A DNA stretch of 57,274 nucleotides, taken from positions 1 to 57,274 of the forward strand of contig NW_027367524.1 in NCBI RefSeq assembly GCF_046119375.1, in the 5' to 3' direction. Positions within the stretch are counted from its first letter, which is position 1. The number at the start of each line of letters is the position of its first letter. The DNA comes from Phyllobates terribilis. Its lineage: Eukaryota. This document shows positions 11,305-26,045 of this stretch, piece after piece. The position numbers were made by a program, and so were the translations under genes. The notes under the pieces were generated by a model that saw nothing but the letters and a program-made list of their open reading frames with translations, ran no database searches and was not told the DNA's origin.

Positions 11305-13262
11305 TTTGGCAGATTTGGCTGCAGCCCACACTGCATCCTTGTATGTTTGTCCAGACCACTTGTCCTTAAAGTTGTTATGTAGGTGCCTAACACAAACCCT
11401 TGTGTCTGCCATAGGGGCCACAGTAGATATAGCTTCCAACAAACCCTACAACAAAAGTAAGAACTAGAGTTATAAAGGATAAAAAATAAAATGGAAGTAG
11501 ATGAAAATGTAACCTTCTTTCTGTCCGACGTAAAAGTAATAGGCTTCCCTCCAATGTCTTGCATGAGATTCTCCAAGAACCAAACCCATGTCTCTTTCCT
11601 TTCAGCTTCAACAACTGCATACTCTATTGGAAAAATATATGTTGATTTCCATCTAATGCCACTGCAGTCAACACTTGTCCTGTATAAGCCCCCTTCAAAT
11701 GACATCCATCTAACCCAACTACAAGCCTACAACCAGCTAGGAACCCCCTCTTACATGCTTGTAGACACACATACATCCTTTGAAAAATAGGCTTCTCTGG
11801 CCCTAATTTTGGCCTGATGATCATTGAACTCCCAAGGTTTCTCTTTAGAATTTCAAATGCATAATCATACACATTTGCATACTGCTTTGGGGCATAACCT
11901 TGAGTCATCACAATTGCCCTAAGTCTAGTCCTCCATGCTTTCTGGTAACTTATTACCACACTGTACTCTCTCCTTACAGTAGCTATGAAACTCTTAATCC
12001 TCCATTGAGAATCCTCTCTATAATGTTCCAAATATTTCTCAGCTAGCCACTTGGAGGTCACCTTGGTATTATTGTCTTGCCAACCACACTCATGTTTACC
12101 CACAAAAGACTTGAGTTGAAAAGTACCATCTCTTGCCATCCTCCTTCCTTTTGCCTTAAATCCACACAGTTTTTCCTTGCACCATGGCTTGCACTGTTTT
12201 CTCCTGCGTTTTAAAGGGAAATGACACTTATGTATCCAGTAGGCTGACAATCTCTTGCTATCATTGTGAAGGTAGTAATAGTCACCCCCATTCTCAACTG
12301 CAAACTGTCTTAAGGCCTTCCTAAACAACTCATTTGTGCCAAATTTCATGCCAGAAATAAGGTGAATCTTTCCTTTAGAATCGACCAAAGGGTTAAATTG
12401 TGGATACCTGACTTTTGTAGACCCCTCATCACCTGTGCTATGTCTTCCATAATCATCATCTTCTACTCTGACATTGAAGACATCGTCCTCATTTACCTGA
12501 CCATCGTCATGCACACCAGCGTCCACATGTTTATCAAAGATTTCATCATCATCACTGGCAAATGGGTCATCTAGGAACTCCTCCCCTTTATCAGATGAAT
12601 CTTAACCACACACCTCAACATCTGAATCATCTCGATTGTCTTCAACATCTACTGGATTTGTTTCATCATCTGAAGGAAATGATGGTGAAAGACTATATGG
12701 TATGAGTTCCAAATTGGAAGAAGCTGGAGGAACTTGTTGAGAAGAGTTAGATTTGGCTAGTTTTTTGGGAGGTTTTTTTTTGTAGGTTTCTTTGGAGTTC
12801 TTTTGGGTTTCTTCTTCAAAAAAAAATTTCCGGGGATGATAGAGGAGGTCGTGGAGTATTTTATGGGTTTTCTATGTGGGGAGAAGATGAACTAAGCTTC
12901 AAGGTTGTGTGAGGACTATATTGCTTGGTCTGGTCCATTACCAAAGTGATTGGACTTTGCTCATCACCTTGGACCACATAAACATTTACCATGTTTTTAT
13001 ACCCAATATTTTCACACAGCTCCAAAATATCCCTATCATATTTAACCTCTTTTAATCCATCATGCAAATCCATCCCACATTTACAAAACCACAACTCTCT
13101 CACATTGACTATGCCCTTTTCCTCTAACATACTCACTAACTCAATCCTAGACAACTTATCAGGACCTACATTTGTCACACCATACTCTAACTCCTTCTCA
13201 TATGAAACCATTTTTCTTTCCATAACAAACTGTCCACCATGCAGAAATGTTATGCTCATCAT
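11305..13262 (-). pseudogene. MuDRA-like transposase, frameshifted and 3'-truncated
   Basis: N-terminal (HGGQF...) piece at 12861-13262, MuDR domain (GMKF...FRKALRQFAV), MULE core (IFQRMYVCLQACKRGFLAGCRLVVGLDGCHLKG; WVWFLENL; FCVRHLHNNF). Ends before any SWIM finger. Confidence 0.9.
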
Positions 13263-14372
13263 CTGTCATAAAACAAACTCCTACTCAACCAACTTTATGC
13301 TACTACATTGCATGGTTAACTAGGGGAAAAAAGACAAAAACATGACATTGTTTTGTGCTACTGTATTGATGTTCACATGACCTTTTCAGATTTTTAATGG
13401 CAGTGAAGATTCCCTAATGGGACCCACCCACTACAAGCATCCGATTTCCACACTTATACTCCCATTTCAACTATGCTTCAACCATAAATACATCCATCTA
13501 ATTCAACTGTACTTCAACCACTTAACTAAACTCACTGTACTTCATCTTCTTTCATTTTACACCTCATCATTCAACTAACCAATTCAACTCACTGCATCCA
13601 TTAAATATAATCTCATCTTCAACCACTCATTTCAACTCACTCATCTTACTCAATTCATTCATCTATCCGGTTCTATGAGCTGGGAATGAAAACTTACTTT
13701 GTAGTGTTCAGCAGATAAACCCTAATTTTCCCTTCACTCGATTTCCACTCAAATCAAGTAAATCCAGACGATTTCCAACTTCCTTTACATACCCTTTCAA
13801 ATTGCCTACCTCAAACCCCCACAGATTCCTCTTGTACCGAGAGTTCCAGCCAGATTCGTCTTCACCTGCAAACAAAAAACAAGCATCGTTCCAGTCAGTT
13901 GAAGATGAATTGAAAGAGGGAAATTGATTGAAGGAGAAGATTAAACAAAAACCCTAAAAATTGCTTACCAATTGACGCTGATTTGACGCTGAATTGGAGG
14001 AATTAGTTGAAGAACCCTAAAAATCGAACTCGAATGGGAAAAGAATTGGAGATGGAGAAGGGGGTGTTTTTAACCGGTTGAATTAACTTGAAACTTGGTA
14101 AAAATTGTGGTTTTAAAAAAATTTCAGGGGTACAACGGTAAAATCACAAGTTTTGATGGATTTTCTAACGACAGAAACAAAAGGGTGTTGCATTAGTAAC
14201 GGAACATATATAAGGAATGGTTTAAAACAATTAGTAATATAAAGGGTATTTTTTGAAAAATGACCCAAATAAGGGATGATTTAAAAAAAATCTCAATATA
14301 TTTTTCGAAAATTCAGTTAATGAGTCACAAGAACTCATAACTCATATATATTGTACCAGCTAACAGTAAAAT

Positions 14373-15176
14373 TGTTAAGGGTTCCTTAGTTTTGATGTTG
14401 ACAATCACTTCCTAACTCGCTTACCTGAGTGTCATATGCAGTTGCTATTTTAGGGAAGTTTCCTTACTAGGAAACTTTCCATATCAGGGAAGCGACTTTG
14501 AAACCGAAGAGTAATCTTTCCATATTGAAGAATAGGAAACCGGTTAAGAAAGCGATATGCAATTAAAAGGATTACGAAGGATCAAATCTATCAAGACAAA
14601 CGGACTAAGACGCGTTGATATAGAATATCTTTGGAAAAGATATTCGGACGGAAAAGATATATTATATCTAAACAAACGTTAAGTGATGTAAAACAAAGAT
14701 ATTCTTGGAGAAGATACTTAGACGCAAAGAGAGAAGATCTAAGTGTTGTCCGGCTAAAAGGCTAACAAGATAGAGTATCGATACATATCTTGGTGCGTAG
14801 CTATTTAGTATAAATAGATGAAGTCATTTCTATGTATGTGCGTGTGAAACAGAGAGAAGAAAAGATAGGCTAATAGTTTAAGAGATTTATACACTTGTAA
14901 GGGTTGAGTTTGTGTACGAGATAGAGAGAAGAGTGACTTAGATTAGTCCGAGTTCTCTATTTTGTAACGAACAAGAGATCCAATAAAAAGAGTGTGTGGG
15001 TTTCAAATCCTTCTAGTGAAGAACTAGAAGGTAGTGGTTTTACTCAATACTATTTGGTGTTGAGGTTTCCACTATAAATACCGTGTTAAGCTTTTACATA
15101 AATACGTTTCCGCTGAAGCAGATTTTGGGAAGTGACACTCGCTTCCTTGAGTCGGTTACGTCACAACGATCCAACA
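14373..15176 (+). repeat. 5' LTR of SIRE element
   Basis: TGTTAAGGG...CCAACA, followed by PBS TGGTATCAGAGC at 15179-15190; direct repeat of 35021-35820. Confidence 0.95.
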
Positions 15177-15220
15177 ATTGGTATCAGAGCCTGGTGCTAA
15201 GTTGTGACCGAATTGAAAGA

Positions 15221-18200
15221 ATGGCCTCAATCACGTCAATCAATGATTCCTTCTGGAAGCCTCATGCTCTCAAAAATGGAGAATATGACTGGTGGGTAGA
15301 ACAATTCGAATCCCACGTATGTTCACTTCACGGCCAGTTATGGAAAGTTGTCGAATTTGGAGATGAGAAGATTTGGGTCAACCCAGCAACCAAACAAGAA
15401 GAAAAGGAAAGAAAAGACTACTCCGTTGCAGACTACAAGACTTTGGAACTCAACATGAGAGAAAAGAAAGTGTTATACATGGCTCTTAGTCCATCAGATC
15501 TGAGGAAGGTTCTCAGCTGCAAAACGGCGCACGAAATTTGGGAAGCACTGCAGCGAATGTACGAAGGCAATGATGATGTGAAGAAAAACAGGATTCTGGC
15601 TGTTCAAAAAGATTATGACAACGTGGCACAACAAAAGGGAGAATCGCTAGAAGACTTTAACTCCAGATTCCAGAGCTACGTCGGGCAACTAGAATTTCTT
15701 GGAGAAATCCTTCCCGATTGGAAAATCACGCATCAATTTCTACAGGCTTTAAACTCCAAATGGGACTCGATAGCTCTCGCTCTACAAGCGCAGAATGATA
15801 TCAAGTCAATCACACTGGAAGACTTAGTGGCACGTCTTCAAAGCAACGCCGGAGTCCAACTAAGAAAGAACGCTCGACGTGAAAGCGAGAAGAGCCAAAA
15901 CATAGCCCTTAAGATAGAGAAGGCTTTTGATCTAGCTCAGATGGAAGGAGAAGTGGAAGACGAAGATGAGGACATTGCCCTAATCACTAGAGCATTCAAA
16001 AAGGTATGGAAAGGGAACAAAGACTTTCAACGGCCATCGGAGGGAAGCAGCAAAGACCTCAAGGAAGTAATATGTTATCACTGCCAAAAGAAGGGACACT
16101 TTGCAAGAAATTGCTTCAAGAAGAAGGCAGGAGAACCTCCTGTACAAGCTGGAAAAGCTGCAATGGTGGCAACATGGGGAGACTCGGACTCTGACGAAGA
16201 CGCTTCCCTTGCTTCCAAAGATCTTTGCTTAATGGCAACCGCCGACACTTCGGATGATGAGGTAACTGAGTCTACTGTCGTTTCTAAACTAAGAGAAAAA
16301 ACTAAAGAGCATTTGATAGGCATTATTAGAAAACTTGGAAATGAAATTGCTAATTTAAGTGAATCTCTTGAGGAGAAGAGAGAAACTATTTCAAATCTGC
16401 TAGATGACAATAGTGGTTGGGCAGAAAAGGTAAAGAACTTAGAAAAATCTACCTTCATAACCTCAGAAGAATGCAAAGTGTGTCTTATATTAGAAAAGAA
16501 AATTGCTTCTCTAGATAAGACCATAATAATCTGAAAGACGATAGGGAAGCCACTAGGAAAGTGATAGAAGAACTAAAAAAGGATGAAAAAGAAAAGAAAG
16601 AAACATGGAGACTTGATCACACTTTAGAACAATTAAAAAAGGACTTCTCTAAAAGATTTTCTTCAAAAGATGGGATAGGATACGTCAAAGAGATGGTAGG
16701 CAAAGGTAAGGGAAGCGACTCAAACGAAGCTAACACTTCAAATCCAAAGAATCAGTGTGGTAGCTCCAGTATTGGATGCAATCACTGTAATTCTAAGGAC
16801 AAACGAGGGCTTACCTTACCTAAACCGAGCAACTGGTTTGATTGTCAAAAGGCCTTTGAAATTTGGACTAAGCATTCTACGAACAAACAACCAACTCATA
16901 TAGATTTTGAGGCAAGAAAAAATAATAAAACCATTTGGCCTGGACAGAGTAGATATGTTAATTTAAAATGCCATAGAATCTGTTGGCATTGCGGCAAAGA
17001 TGGTCACTATAAACAGAAATGCTATTCAAGGATTAAAATGTTGCAAAGAATTCACGAGGTCCCAAATGAAAATAAAGTTAGTCCTAATGGTGAGTCAAGA
17101 ATTAACAAACCTATATAAATGATCAAACATGTCTCTCCTAAACCCAGTAAGCCTAAGCTTATCTGGGTTTGTAAGAACTAACATGTCTTATACAAGGAAA
17201 AGTGAGGAAGAGTTCCTGGTACATAGATAGTGCATGCTCAGGTCATATGACGGGAAATAGGAACTGGTTCAACTCACTAAAAGAAGAATTCGGAAGCTCA
17301 ATCACGTTTGGAAATGAGCGCAAAGGGGAGGTAATTGGCACATGACAAGTAGGTATCTCAGAATATGTCACGGTGGAGAAAGTGAATCTGGTAAGCAACT
17401 TGAAATTTGATCTCTTAAGTGTCGCCCAACTCTGTCTTGGAGGGAAAAACCAGGTCACATTCACCATCAAGGACTGCATTGTCAAGGATGTGGAAACTGG
17501 GAAGGTAATATTAAAAGGACTATGTGACGGGAAAGTGTACTGAGTCGATCCTTCCTTCATCCCGGAAAGGGAAGTGTGTCTTGCTTCCCTGAAGGAAGAC
17601 TCCAATCTCTGGCACAGAAGGTTTGGACACGCAAGTCTCCGACTTCTTTCAAAACTTCATTCAAAAGGGCTAGTGGAAGGTCTACCTAGAGTTGAGGAGC
17701 AAAACGATCAGGTATGTAGTGCATGTGCAAGAGGTAAACAATCAAGGATATCCTTCAAATCCAAAACAGAGGTAAGTACTCTCAAACCTCTTGATCTAAT
17801 TCATATGGATCTATGTGGACCCATGCGCACCTTGAGCCGTGGTGGAAACAAGTATGTGTTTGTTATTGTTGATGACTTTTCTAGGTACACATGGACCATC
17901 TTTCTTTCCTCAAAAGAAGACGTCTTCTCGGAATTCGTGGTGTGGAAGAAGAAAACAGAACTCAAACTAGAAAGTAAACTGAAATCAATCCGCACTGATC
18001 ATGGAACTGAATTCGAGAACTCCTCCTTTCTCTCACTATGCAGGGAATGTGGAATTGATCACAATTTCTCGGCACCTAGAACTCCACAACATAACGGTGT
18101 AGTCGAACGTAAGAATAGAACGTTGGCAGGGATGACAAGAACACTTTTAATCGCCAGTGGAGTCCCCAGAAATTTCTGGGCTGAAGCTCTACATGCCTCG

Positions 18201-20471
18201 TGTTACATCCTAAACAGAGCCTTTTTAAGGCCTATGCTTGAAAAGACACCCTACGAGCTGCTCAAAGGAAGGAAACCAAATGTAAGTCACTTACGTGTGT
18301 TTGGGTGCAGGTGCTTTGCTCTAATAAACGGAAGGGAAAACTTGGGAAAGTTCGACGCTTGGAGTGATCCAGGCATCTTTGTAGGTTACTCCTCACATAG
18401 TTCAGCATACAAAATCTTCAATCAACGAACAAGGAAAGTAGAGGAAAACGTTCATGTCAGATTCGACGAACACAAAATGGCGGGAACTGAGATCGTCGAC
18501 ATCAATGCACCCCCACTATCCGCTGATGAAGACTTACAAATACCAGAATCTTCCGAAGAAACCATAGGTGAAGAGGGTATTGCTGGTGTTCCTCTAGCAG
18601 AAAACTCAAACTCACAGAATGAGTCCATGCCTCAAGAGAATCAAATGGAGAATGAGGTATCAACAAATATCACAAGTCATCTAGAGGACCACGGAACAAC
18701 TTCATTAGCTCCTCGAATTCGCGTACCCCCGACTCATCTCAGAGACTATGAATGTCCAACCATACGTACCCATCATACAAGCAATCAACCACGCAATCAA
18801 ACAAATCCACAAGTAGTCAACCACGTAGTGGACCAAGGAGGTGAAGAGGTAGTCGACCAAGTAAGTGACCAGGCAACCGACCAGGCTGGAGAACATGTAA
18901 ACAACTCTATCCCTAATTCCTATGCGTTTACTGCCTTTGTTTCACTTGCAGAACCAAAAACCATAAGTGAAGCACTCAAAGATCCAGATTGGATAAAAGC
19001 AATGCAAGAGGAACTTCATCAATTTGAGCGAAACAAAGTTTGGAGACTCGTCCCTAGGCTTGAAAACAGAACTATAATAGGTACGAAATGGGTATTCAGA
19101 AATAAACTCGATGACAAGGGACATGTCACAAGAAACAAGGCAAGGCTTGTCGTTAAAGGGTACAATCAACAGGAGGGAATCGATATGATGAAACTTTTGC
19201 TCCCGTAGCCAGGTTAGAAGCTATCAGACTTTTAATTGCATATTCTGCTCATTATGGATTTGTACTGAAGCAAATGGACGTGAAAACAGCCTTTCTAAAT
19301 GGTGTGCTAGAAGAAGAGGTGTACGTAAGTCAAACACCAGGGTTTGAGGACCACTCTCATCCAAACCACGTCTTCATGTTAGACAAGGCACTATATGGTC
19401 TCAAACAAGCACCTCGTGCTTGGTATGAAAGACTATCACAGTTTCTTCTCTCCCATGGATATGTGCGTGGGGAAATAGACAAAAATCTCTTCCTTCTTAA
19501 AGAAGGGAAGCACACCCTGGTCGTTCAAGTCTACGTTGATGACATTATCTTTGGCTCTACAAATGAGGCATTAGTCACCAAGTTCACTAAACTTATGAAA
19601 GTGAATTTGAGATGAGCATGGTAGGAGAATTAAGGTTCTTCTTAGGACTCCAAGTAGTCCAATCCAAGGAAGGGACAAAGGTACATCAACAAAAGTACAT
19701 CAATGAATGCATCAAGAAATTTGGTATGAATGATTCTAAACCCTTCTCGACCCCTATGTCACCAAATAATTCCTTAGGTAAAGATGAAAAAGAAAGGGAT
19801 GTGGATCAAACTTTATATAGAGGAATGATAGGGTCTTTTCTTTATCTAATGGCTAGTAGGCCAGATGTTATGTATAGTGTATGTCTATGTGCTAGATTTC
19901 AGGCTAATCCAAAAGAGACACACGTCAAGGCTGTAAAACGAATCCTTATATATCTCAATGGGTCAAATGATCTATGTCTATGGTATCCAAGGGGAGGCGA
20001 CTTGTCACTAGTTGGATACACTGGCGCTGACTTCGCAGGAGACAAGGTAGATAGAAAATCTACATCAGGAATGGCACAATTCCTTGGACCATGCCTTGTC
20101 TCATGGGGCTCTAAGAAACAAACGTCAGTTGCCATATCCACAGCAGAGGCCGAGTACATAGCTGCAGCCGCATGCTGCTCACAACTATTATGGCTTAAAC
20201 AACAGGAGACTTTGGCATTTTTCTTGATATTGTTCCTATTTTATGTGATAACACTAGTGCTATTAATATCTCTAAAAATCCTGTGCAGCACTCTAGAACA
20301 AAGCATATAGAAATCAGGCATCACTTTCTTCGTGATTGTGTGGAAAAGGGAATAGTCTCAATGAATTTCTGTAGCACAGAGAATCAAATTGCAGACATCT
20401 TCACAAAGACACTTAATAGAGAACCTTTTGAGCGACTTCATATGGAACTTGGTATGACTTCCCTCAATTAA
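15221..20471 (+). pseudogene. SIRE gag-pol, disrupted
   Basis: Gag, ICYHCQKKGHFARNC and ICWHCGKDGHYKQKC knuckles, PR WYIDSACSGHMTG (about 17217), integrase [41 protein letters not shown], RNase H with GYTGAD in place of GYxDAD. Several stops and frameshifts. Confidence 0.93.
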
Positions 20472-23400
20472 ATCTTATTCCTATATGCCTCTCTCGATGA
20501 TTGGATGAAATCATGCTTGACTTGTTGTTTGTGTGTTGCGTAATTTATGACTTGAAAAATTTGCATGTCGAAATCATACCTATTTGTCTTCCATGCACTG
20601 CACTCTTAGTCTCTTTCCTAGTCGCATACTTCATGTTTTTGGTATTTTGGATTTGCAAATCTCAACGGCCTTTCTTTCAAGCCCAAAAGATTCCTCCCGA
20701 TGATTTTTTAACCCAACATTATAAGCCCAAATGACGGAGGAAATCTACAGTGTCCCAAAGCCTTGTGTAGCATGAGAAATCCTATGAGCCCCTCTTTCGT
20801 ATATTTACTGGATTTATCATGTTACACGTAGTTAAACACTATCATCATATATATATATATATATTTTTTGTGTAATGGTCTCCTTGAGAAACCACCTTTG
20901 GTACGTATCCCCATTCATTACACACCTTCACTATCAGCATGTTTTTAAGGAAGTAAGCGACGAGGTAATCGAGTTAGCCGTCTTCTCGCACTAAACGGAC
21001 ACGTCAGACAACAAAGAAAATAAAGGGGTCAGAATGGAAAAAACGTGTACCCGTGTGAACACTCCACTGATAACTTCTGAGTATGATTAGACAGCTGAAA
21101 AGACCGCGCCACAACTTCCCATACCCATTTGAATTTACTTCTACAGGTTCATCTCTCCCTCCTTCACTTTACCGATTCATTTTCTCCCCTCTCCTTCAAA
21201 CACTCCCTTGCTTCTCTGTGTTCCTTCATCCTCATCCATGGATGAAAAACTCATCTCCTCCACCGATACCACTGAATCCCTCATGGCCAAACTTCTGGCC
21301 ATGGGACTAGACCTCTCGAAGCTCTCTACCCCACCCTTCTCTGATTCTGATCATAACGACCGCCAGAACCCTAACCACGATCCTCAAGAATCCACTTTAC
21401 CCCCTCCGATCCAGATCATCTAGCAAGCAAGAACCTTATCCCTGACCCTCAAGAATCCATACCCTGTCTCGCACTCGTTGTCTACGACCCTCCACCTTCT
21501 TGCTCGGAAAAACCCTCCGCTTCACCCGTCAAAGCTCCATCCTCACCCGCGTCTCCACAAACTACGTCTGTCAAATCTTCATCTCCACCACCAGCTCCAA
21601 AATCTCCGGTTAACAACGACCCTGCCTCCTCTCCTCCACCTCAAACCCCAACATCACCAATCGTTTCCTCTCCCATCACCATGCTTGCTACAACGAGATC
21701 CAAAGCCGCCAAAACCCTAACCAGCAAGAAACGCATAAAGATGAGTGGCCCTCCTCCTTCAAAGCGAGGGATTCTCGGCAAGAATGTCACAATCGTCAGC
21801 TCCAGTGATGACAAAGACTCCCCCAGGTCAAAACGCGTCAAAATTGAGGATCCCGTTGCCGCTCCTACCAAGCGCCAAACCCGTGCTTTTGCCAATAATC
21901 GACCTCAATCTCCTCCGATCAAGGTTCTTCGAACCACTGTCAAGGTCAAAGACTCTCTTCCTGCTGCACGCGACATGCAAGCTCGGACTATCATCAAGGA
22001 AATGGCGTTCAACACCGATTTTCTTGCCGTCAACTCTCTCAGTTCAGTTCAGGACCTCTTCGAATTCCAACAACGGGGATCCTTGTTCTCTCCACAGGTA
22101 TCCATAAATGCCAACCTTGTCCGAACTTTTTACTCCTCATTTCATCTGGTTGAAAGTGATATTGGACTGTGCTGCTACTACATGATCAATAAGCGGAAGT
22201 ACACCATTAGCAGTAGGGAATTAGGACTCATGCTGAATGTTCCTCATGATGGGGACGACAGTTATGTCAAGGGAGCATGGCCCGTGGGGTTTCCGGTCGA
22301 GTATGTGCGCTCTGTCTGCGGTGATCCCACAGTGGTCTTATCTGGTGAAATCTCGACTCAGCATATGCCTCTCGATTCTCGTGTTCTTCATCTTCTTGTG
22401 ATGTCCAATGTTATCCCTTGTGAACAGAAGAAGAATGTGTTGATCATTCAGGATGTGGTTATCCTCGACAAACTCATGCGCAAAGAGAAAATAAGTCTTC
22501 CCCGAATCATCCTCAGCATATGGCGCACATTGTCACTAGCAAGACTCACGCCCTACCTTTTCCCTCCATTGTTCGTCATATTCTACAGTATCATGAGGTC
22601 TACACTAGAGATGGAATTTTCTGAACCGGAACCGGCCTCGGTTCCATGGAACCGTGGGGGTCCCGGTCCCGGTTCCCCATTTCCCCGAACCGGGAACCGG
22701 CGGTTCCGGTTCCCAACCGCCGGTTCCGTTCAATTAATTAACAACATGTATTTTTTAAATTAAATTGAGAATATTTTGTTGAATTAAATAAAATTATTTA
22801 AGATATTTAACTTTGAATTTAAACTTATAAATTAATTTATTTAACTTTGTATTTAAACTTATATTAACTTTATAAAGTTATGAAGTTATAAGTTGTAAGT
22901 TTTATATATTCTTTATGAAGTTATACTTATGATGTTATAAAGTTGTAAGCTTATATATTTAACTTTATATATTTAAGTTTGTTTTGAATTAATCTAATAA
23001 TATATTTAACTTTAAAAACATAAAAACTTTAGTCTTTAGTTACTTGATTTATTTATATTGTTTATATATTCTTTTCAAAATATAGTGTGAATTATAATAA
23101 AAAGTTTACTTAAGTTTATTTTGAAGTTAAAAAATTAATGTTTGAATTTATATTTAACTTTATAAAAACTTTGAATTTAACGTGAATTCAACTTTGTATT
23201 TTATTTTACTTTGAATTAAAGTTTTACTTTGAATTAAAGTTTTAAAACTTCCTTGGAACATATCGGGTCTGACCAACCTCACCGCATGCGTGTTGTGCGA
23301 ATTCAGATTGGAAAGAAACCCATTTTATTCCGGAGTACGATTACGAGTGAGTTTCCAAGTTGTACTTCTCATTGTAAGTTTGTCGATTAAATGTAAAAAA

Positions 23401-23525
23401 AAAATTGTGGGGGCTTGCACTTAATATTTACTTACTTATTAAGTTGCCTACGTATCCTCTTGGATCCATTAGAGGAATCAAAGCCCAAGTAGTTCTCTTA
23501 CCTCTTAACATTTGGACTCGCTTAC

Positions 23526-25606
23526 CTACGTGTTGGTGCCGGATGAGGAGGCGTTCCCACCATCGGAAGAATCGGTGCGCACTGTTGTTGCATCTCCAGC
23601 CCATTTGTCGGTGGAGTAATCGATGTTGTCGATGTTAGCTTGATTTCTTGCAATGGCCTTCTTCCAATCACAAATGCACACTTGCGCCTCTAATGACTCT
23701 GGAGCTAATCGACTTCTCTTCTCGTTGAGGATGTGGCCTCCTTGACTAAAGGCTTGTTCTACCGCCACCGTTGAAGGGGGGGACCGCAAGTACTTGACTC
23801 GCTATCTTGTACATTGTCGGGAAAGCGCTCCTATGCTTGACCCACCAACCCAAAACATCTAGATCTTGAATGTTAGCAAATTGAAATTCCGTGTTATAAT
23901 ATAAGTCGATTTCCGCACTTGAAACCATAGTCCTTGGACTTTTTCAAAAAAATTAGATTTAAAGTTACGCAAAGATGATGTACCACTAGAACTAGAAGGA
24001 GGAGTAGGAGTAGGAGGTAGTTCCGATGATGATGAGCCCTCCACGAAATGAGAGAATAAAGACTCAACATTTTCTCTAGTCTTAGAGACTATATCGGATA
24101 CGTACCCTTCGAGATCTAATATTCCACCAACACATAAATAATAGTTCTCTAACAAAGACCTTAAACCTCCTAATTTAAACCTAGGATCCATAACACAAGC
24201 AACAAGAAAAATATCGGGGATCTCACTATAATAAATTAATCATTTGCGTTTCATTTCCGAGACGGCATAAAGTAGTGTGGGGATTTCGGCCGCCTCGGTC
24301 AACGCAACCATTACATTATTAGCTTCTATAACAAACTCATTAGCACTTGGTCTATATACATTACTAAATGTAAGAGTAGCATCGTTAAAACATTTTAAAA
24401 ATATTGCAATTTTGGAACATGAATATCAATCGTCATCGTTGAAATAATCCGACTCCGGAATGTATTGACTCGCAAAAGACGTTAAAACGTCCTTGTAGTT
24501 AACACATTCACAAAGTAATTTGTAAGTGGAGTTCCACCGAGTACCAACGTCTTTTGAAAAACGTTTGGGTGGAACTCCATTGTCTTCACAAAATTTCATC
24601 CAATCCTTTGTAACCTTACTACGGTTCCAAATATATCGGACTATGTTTTTATGGGTTCAATATGGTTTTTCATAGCCGATAAACCATCTTGAACACACAA
24701 ATTTAAAACATGACAAGCACATCGAACATGAAAAAATTTACCGCCAAAAAGAGGTTGACAAGCAAGTGACAAATCTCTCAAAGATGCGGTGTTGGCCGAT
24801 GCATTGTAAAATCCAATAGAAAAAACTCTATTGAGAAGCCGGTATTCCTCTAAAACTAGACGAATCATTTTAGCAATGTTTACGGCGGTGTGAGACTCGT
24901 TAAATTGTCTAAACGCTAAAACACGCTTTTGCATGAAAAAGTTCGAATCAAGAAAATGACATGTAATACCCATGTAAGAATTAGTTTGTTGATGATCACT
25001 CCATATATCACTACATATAGAAACATTTAAATCATTGTTTGCAAAATAACTAACTAATTCGGCTTTACGATTCCTATAACACCTAATAATGTTTTTCTTG
25101 TTTGTTTTTCTTCCTATCTTTTTATATGAAGGTTGTACTACGCTCATAATTTCATTAAATCCTAGATTCTCACTAAATTGAGATGCTAAATGATCAACAC
25201 ATGTTGCTTCGGCAATTGTGTTACTAACTAATTCATGATTATAAACGTAAAGAGGGTTGGATGAAGATGCAAACCCTTGCGAAATTTGTGCTTGCCCTCG
25301 TAGCATTCCGAGCTTATCGACGTGCTTTGTCTTCATGTGTTTAGTCAGTGTCCCGTATCCACTGCCAAGTTTTCATACATATCGCACCGGACAATGCCTG
25401 CAAAAAACATCAATTTTACCGTTAGTAGCCGTCGTTCCTTTAGTAAAATGTTAAGTAAAAATTTCGGATTTAAGTATTGTTTGTGAGGTTGTAGGTGTTG
25501 ATGATGGTGTACCATCATCATCACCAACAATATCCTCACTCGGTGCAATGTTATCAATATGTTCACTCTCTTGAGTGCTAATATCGTTAACATTTGTGGT
25601 TGCCAT
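23526..25606 (-). pseudogene. hAT transposase, inactivated
   Basis: BED finger (CRHC...HMKTKH) with in-frame TAA and TGA, SICSDIW, CACHVLNL, TRWNSTY, DPRFKL and dimerization motif VAVEQAFSQGG. Second catalytic D appears as Y (GFYNAS). Further stops and frameshifts. Confidence 0.92.
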
Positions 25607-25849
25607 AATCAAGTAATGATATATATAAAACAATATCAAGAACAATATAAGAACAAATCAACAAATGCAAGAAATTGGAAAAGAGATGATGGAGATTAGA
25701 GATTTCTTGAATGCTTGAGAGTAGGTTATAGAGAGAGAAGAGAGATGGTTTGATTGCGTGATTTGGAGTGGAGTGTTAATGGGTATTTATAGGATTTAAT
25801 TATTATTTTTTTATAAAAAAGCATTTAAAATTGGGCAAATTGGACATTT

Positions 25850-26045
25850 GGCTAGAAAACTAGCCATTGAACCGTCGGTTCGTCCTAACGGCTAGTTTTC
25901 TAGCCGTTGGGCGTGTTTTGCATGCGTTGGAACCGGCGGTTCCGCCGGTTCAACGGCTAGTTTTTTTAAAAACTAGTCGTTGGGCGTGGAACCGCCGGTT
26001 CGAACCGGCAGTTCCAACGGCTAGTTTTTTAAAAACTAGCCGTTT
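25850..26045. repeat. Array of palindromic units (AACGGCTAG-T/A tract-CTAGCCGTT and GAACCGGCGGTTC) between divergent TATA boxes
   Basis: Three hairpin-like copies, e.g. aacggctagttttttaaaaactagccgtt, interleaved with aaccgg/ccggtt motifs. TATAAATA on the minus strand at 25784-25791 and on the plus strand at 26130-26137. Confidence 0.8.

Larger units (their letters stand above)
9387..14294. mobile_element. Mutator-like element (MULE), transposase defective
   Basis: Long TIRs (9387-9767 and 13886-14294, GAGA...TCTC), perfect 9-bp TSD AATATATTT, internal MuDR transposase remnants. Confidence 0.95.

Noticed and set aside
20847-20864. (AT)9 tract
   Set aside because: Ordinary microsatellite in the SIRE spacer between pol and the extra ORF.
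21681-22763. 360-aa ORF as a single gene
   Set aside because: Its last ~50 codons are read-through into the hAT terminus after a frameshift; the real continuation is at 27013-27262.
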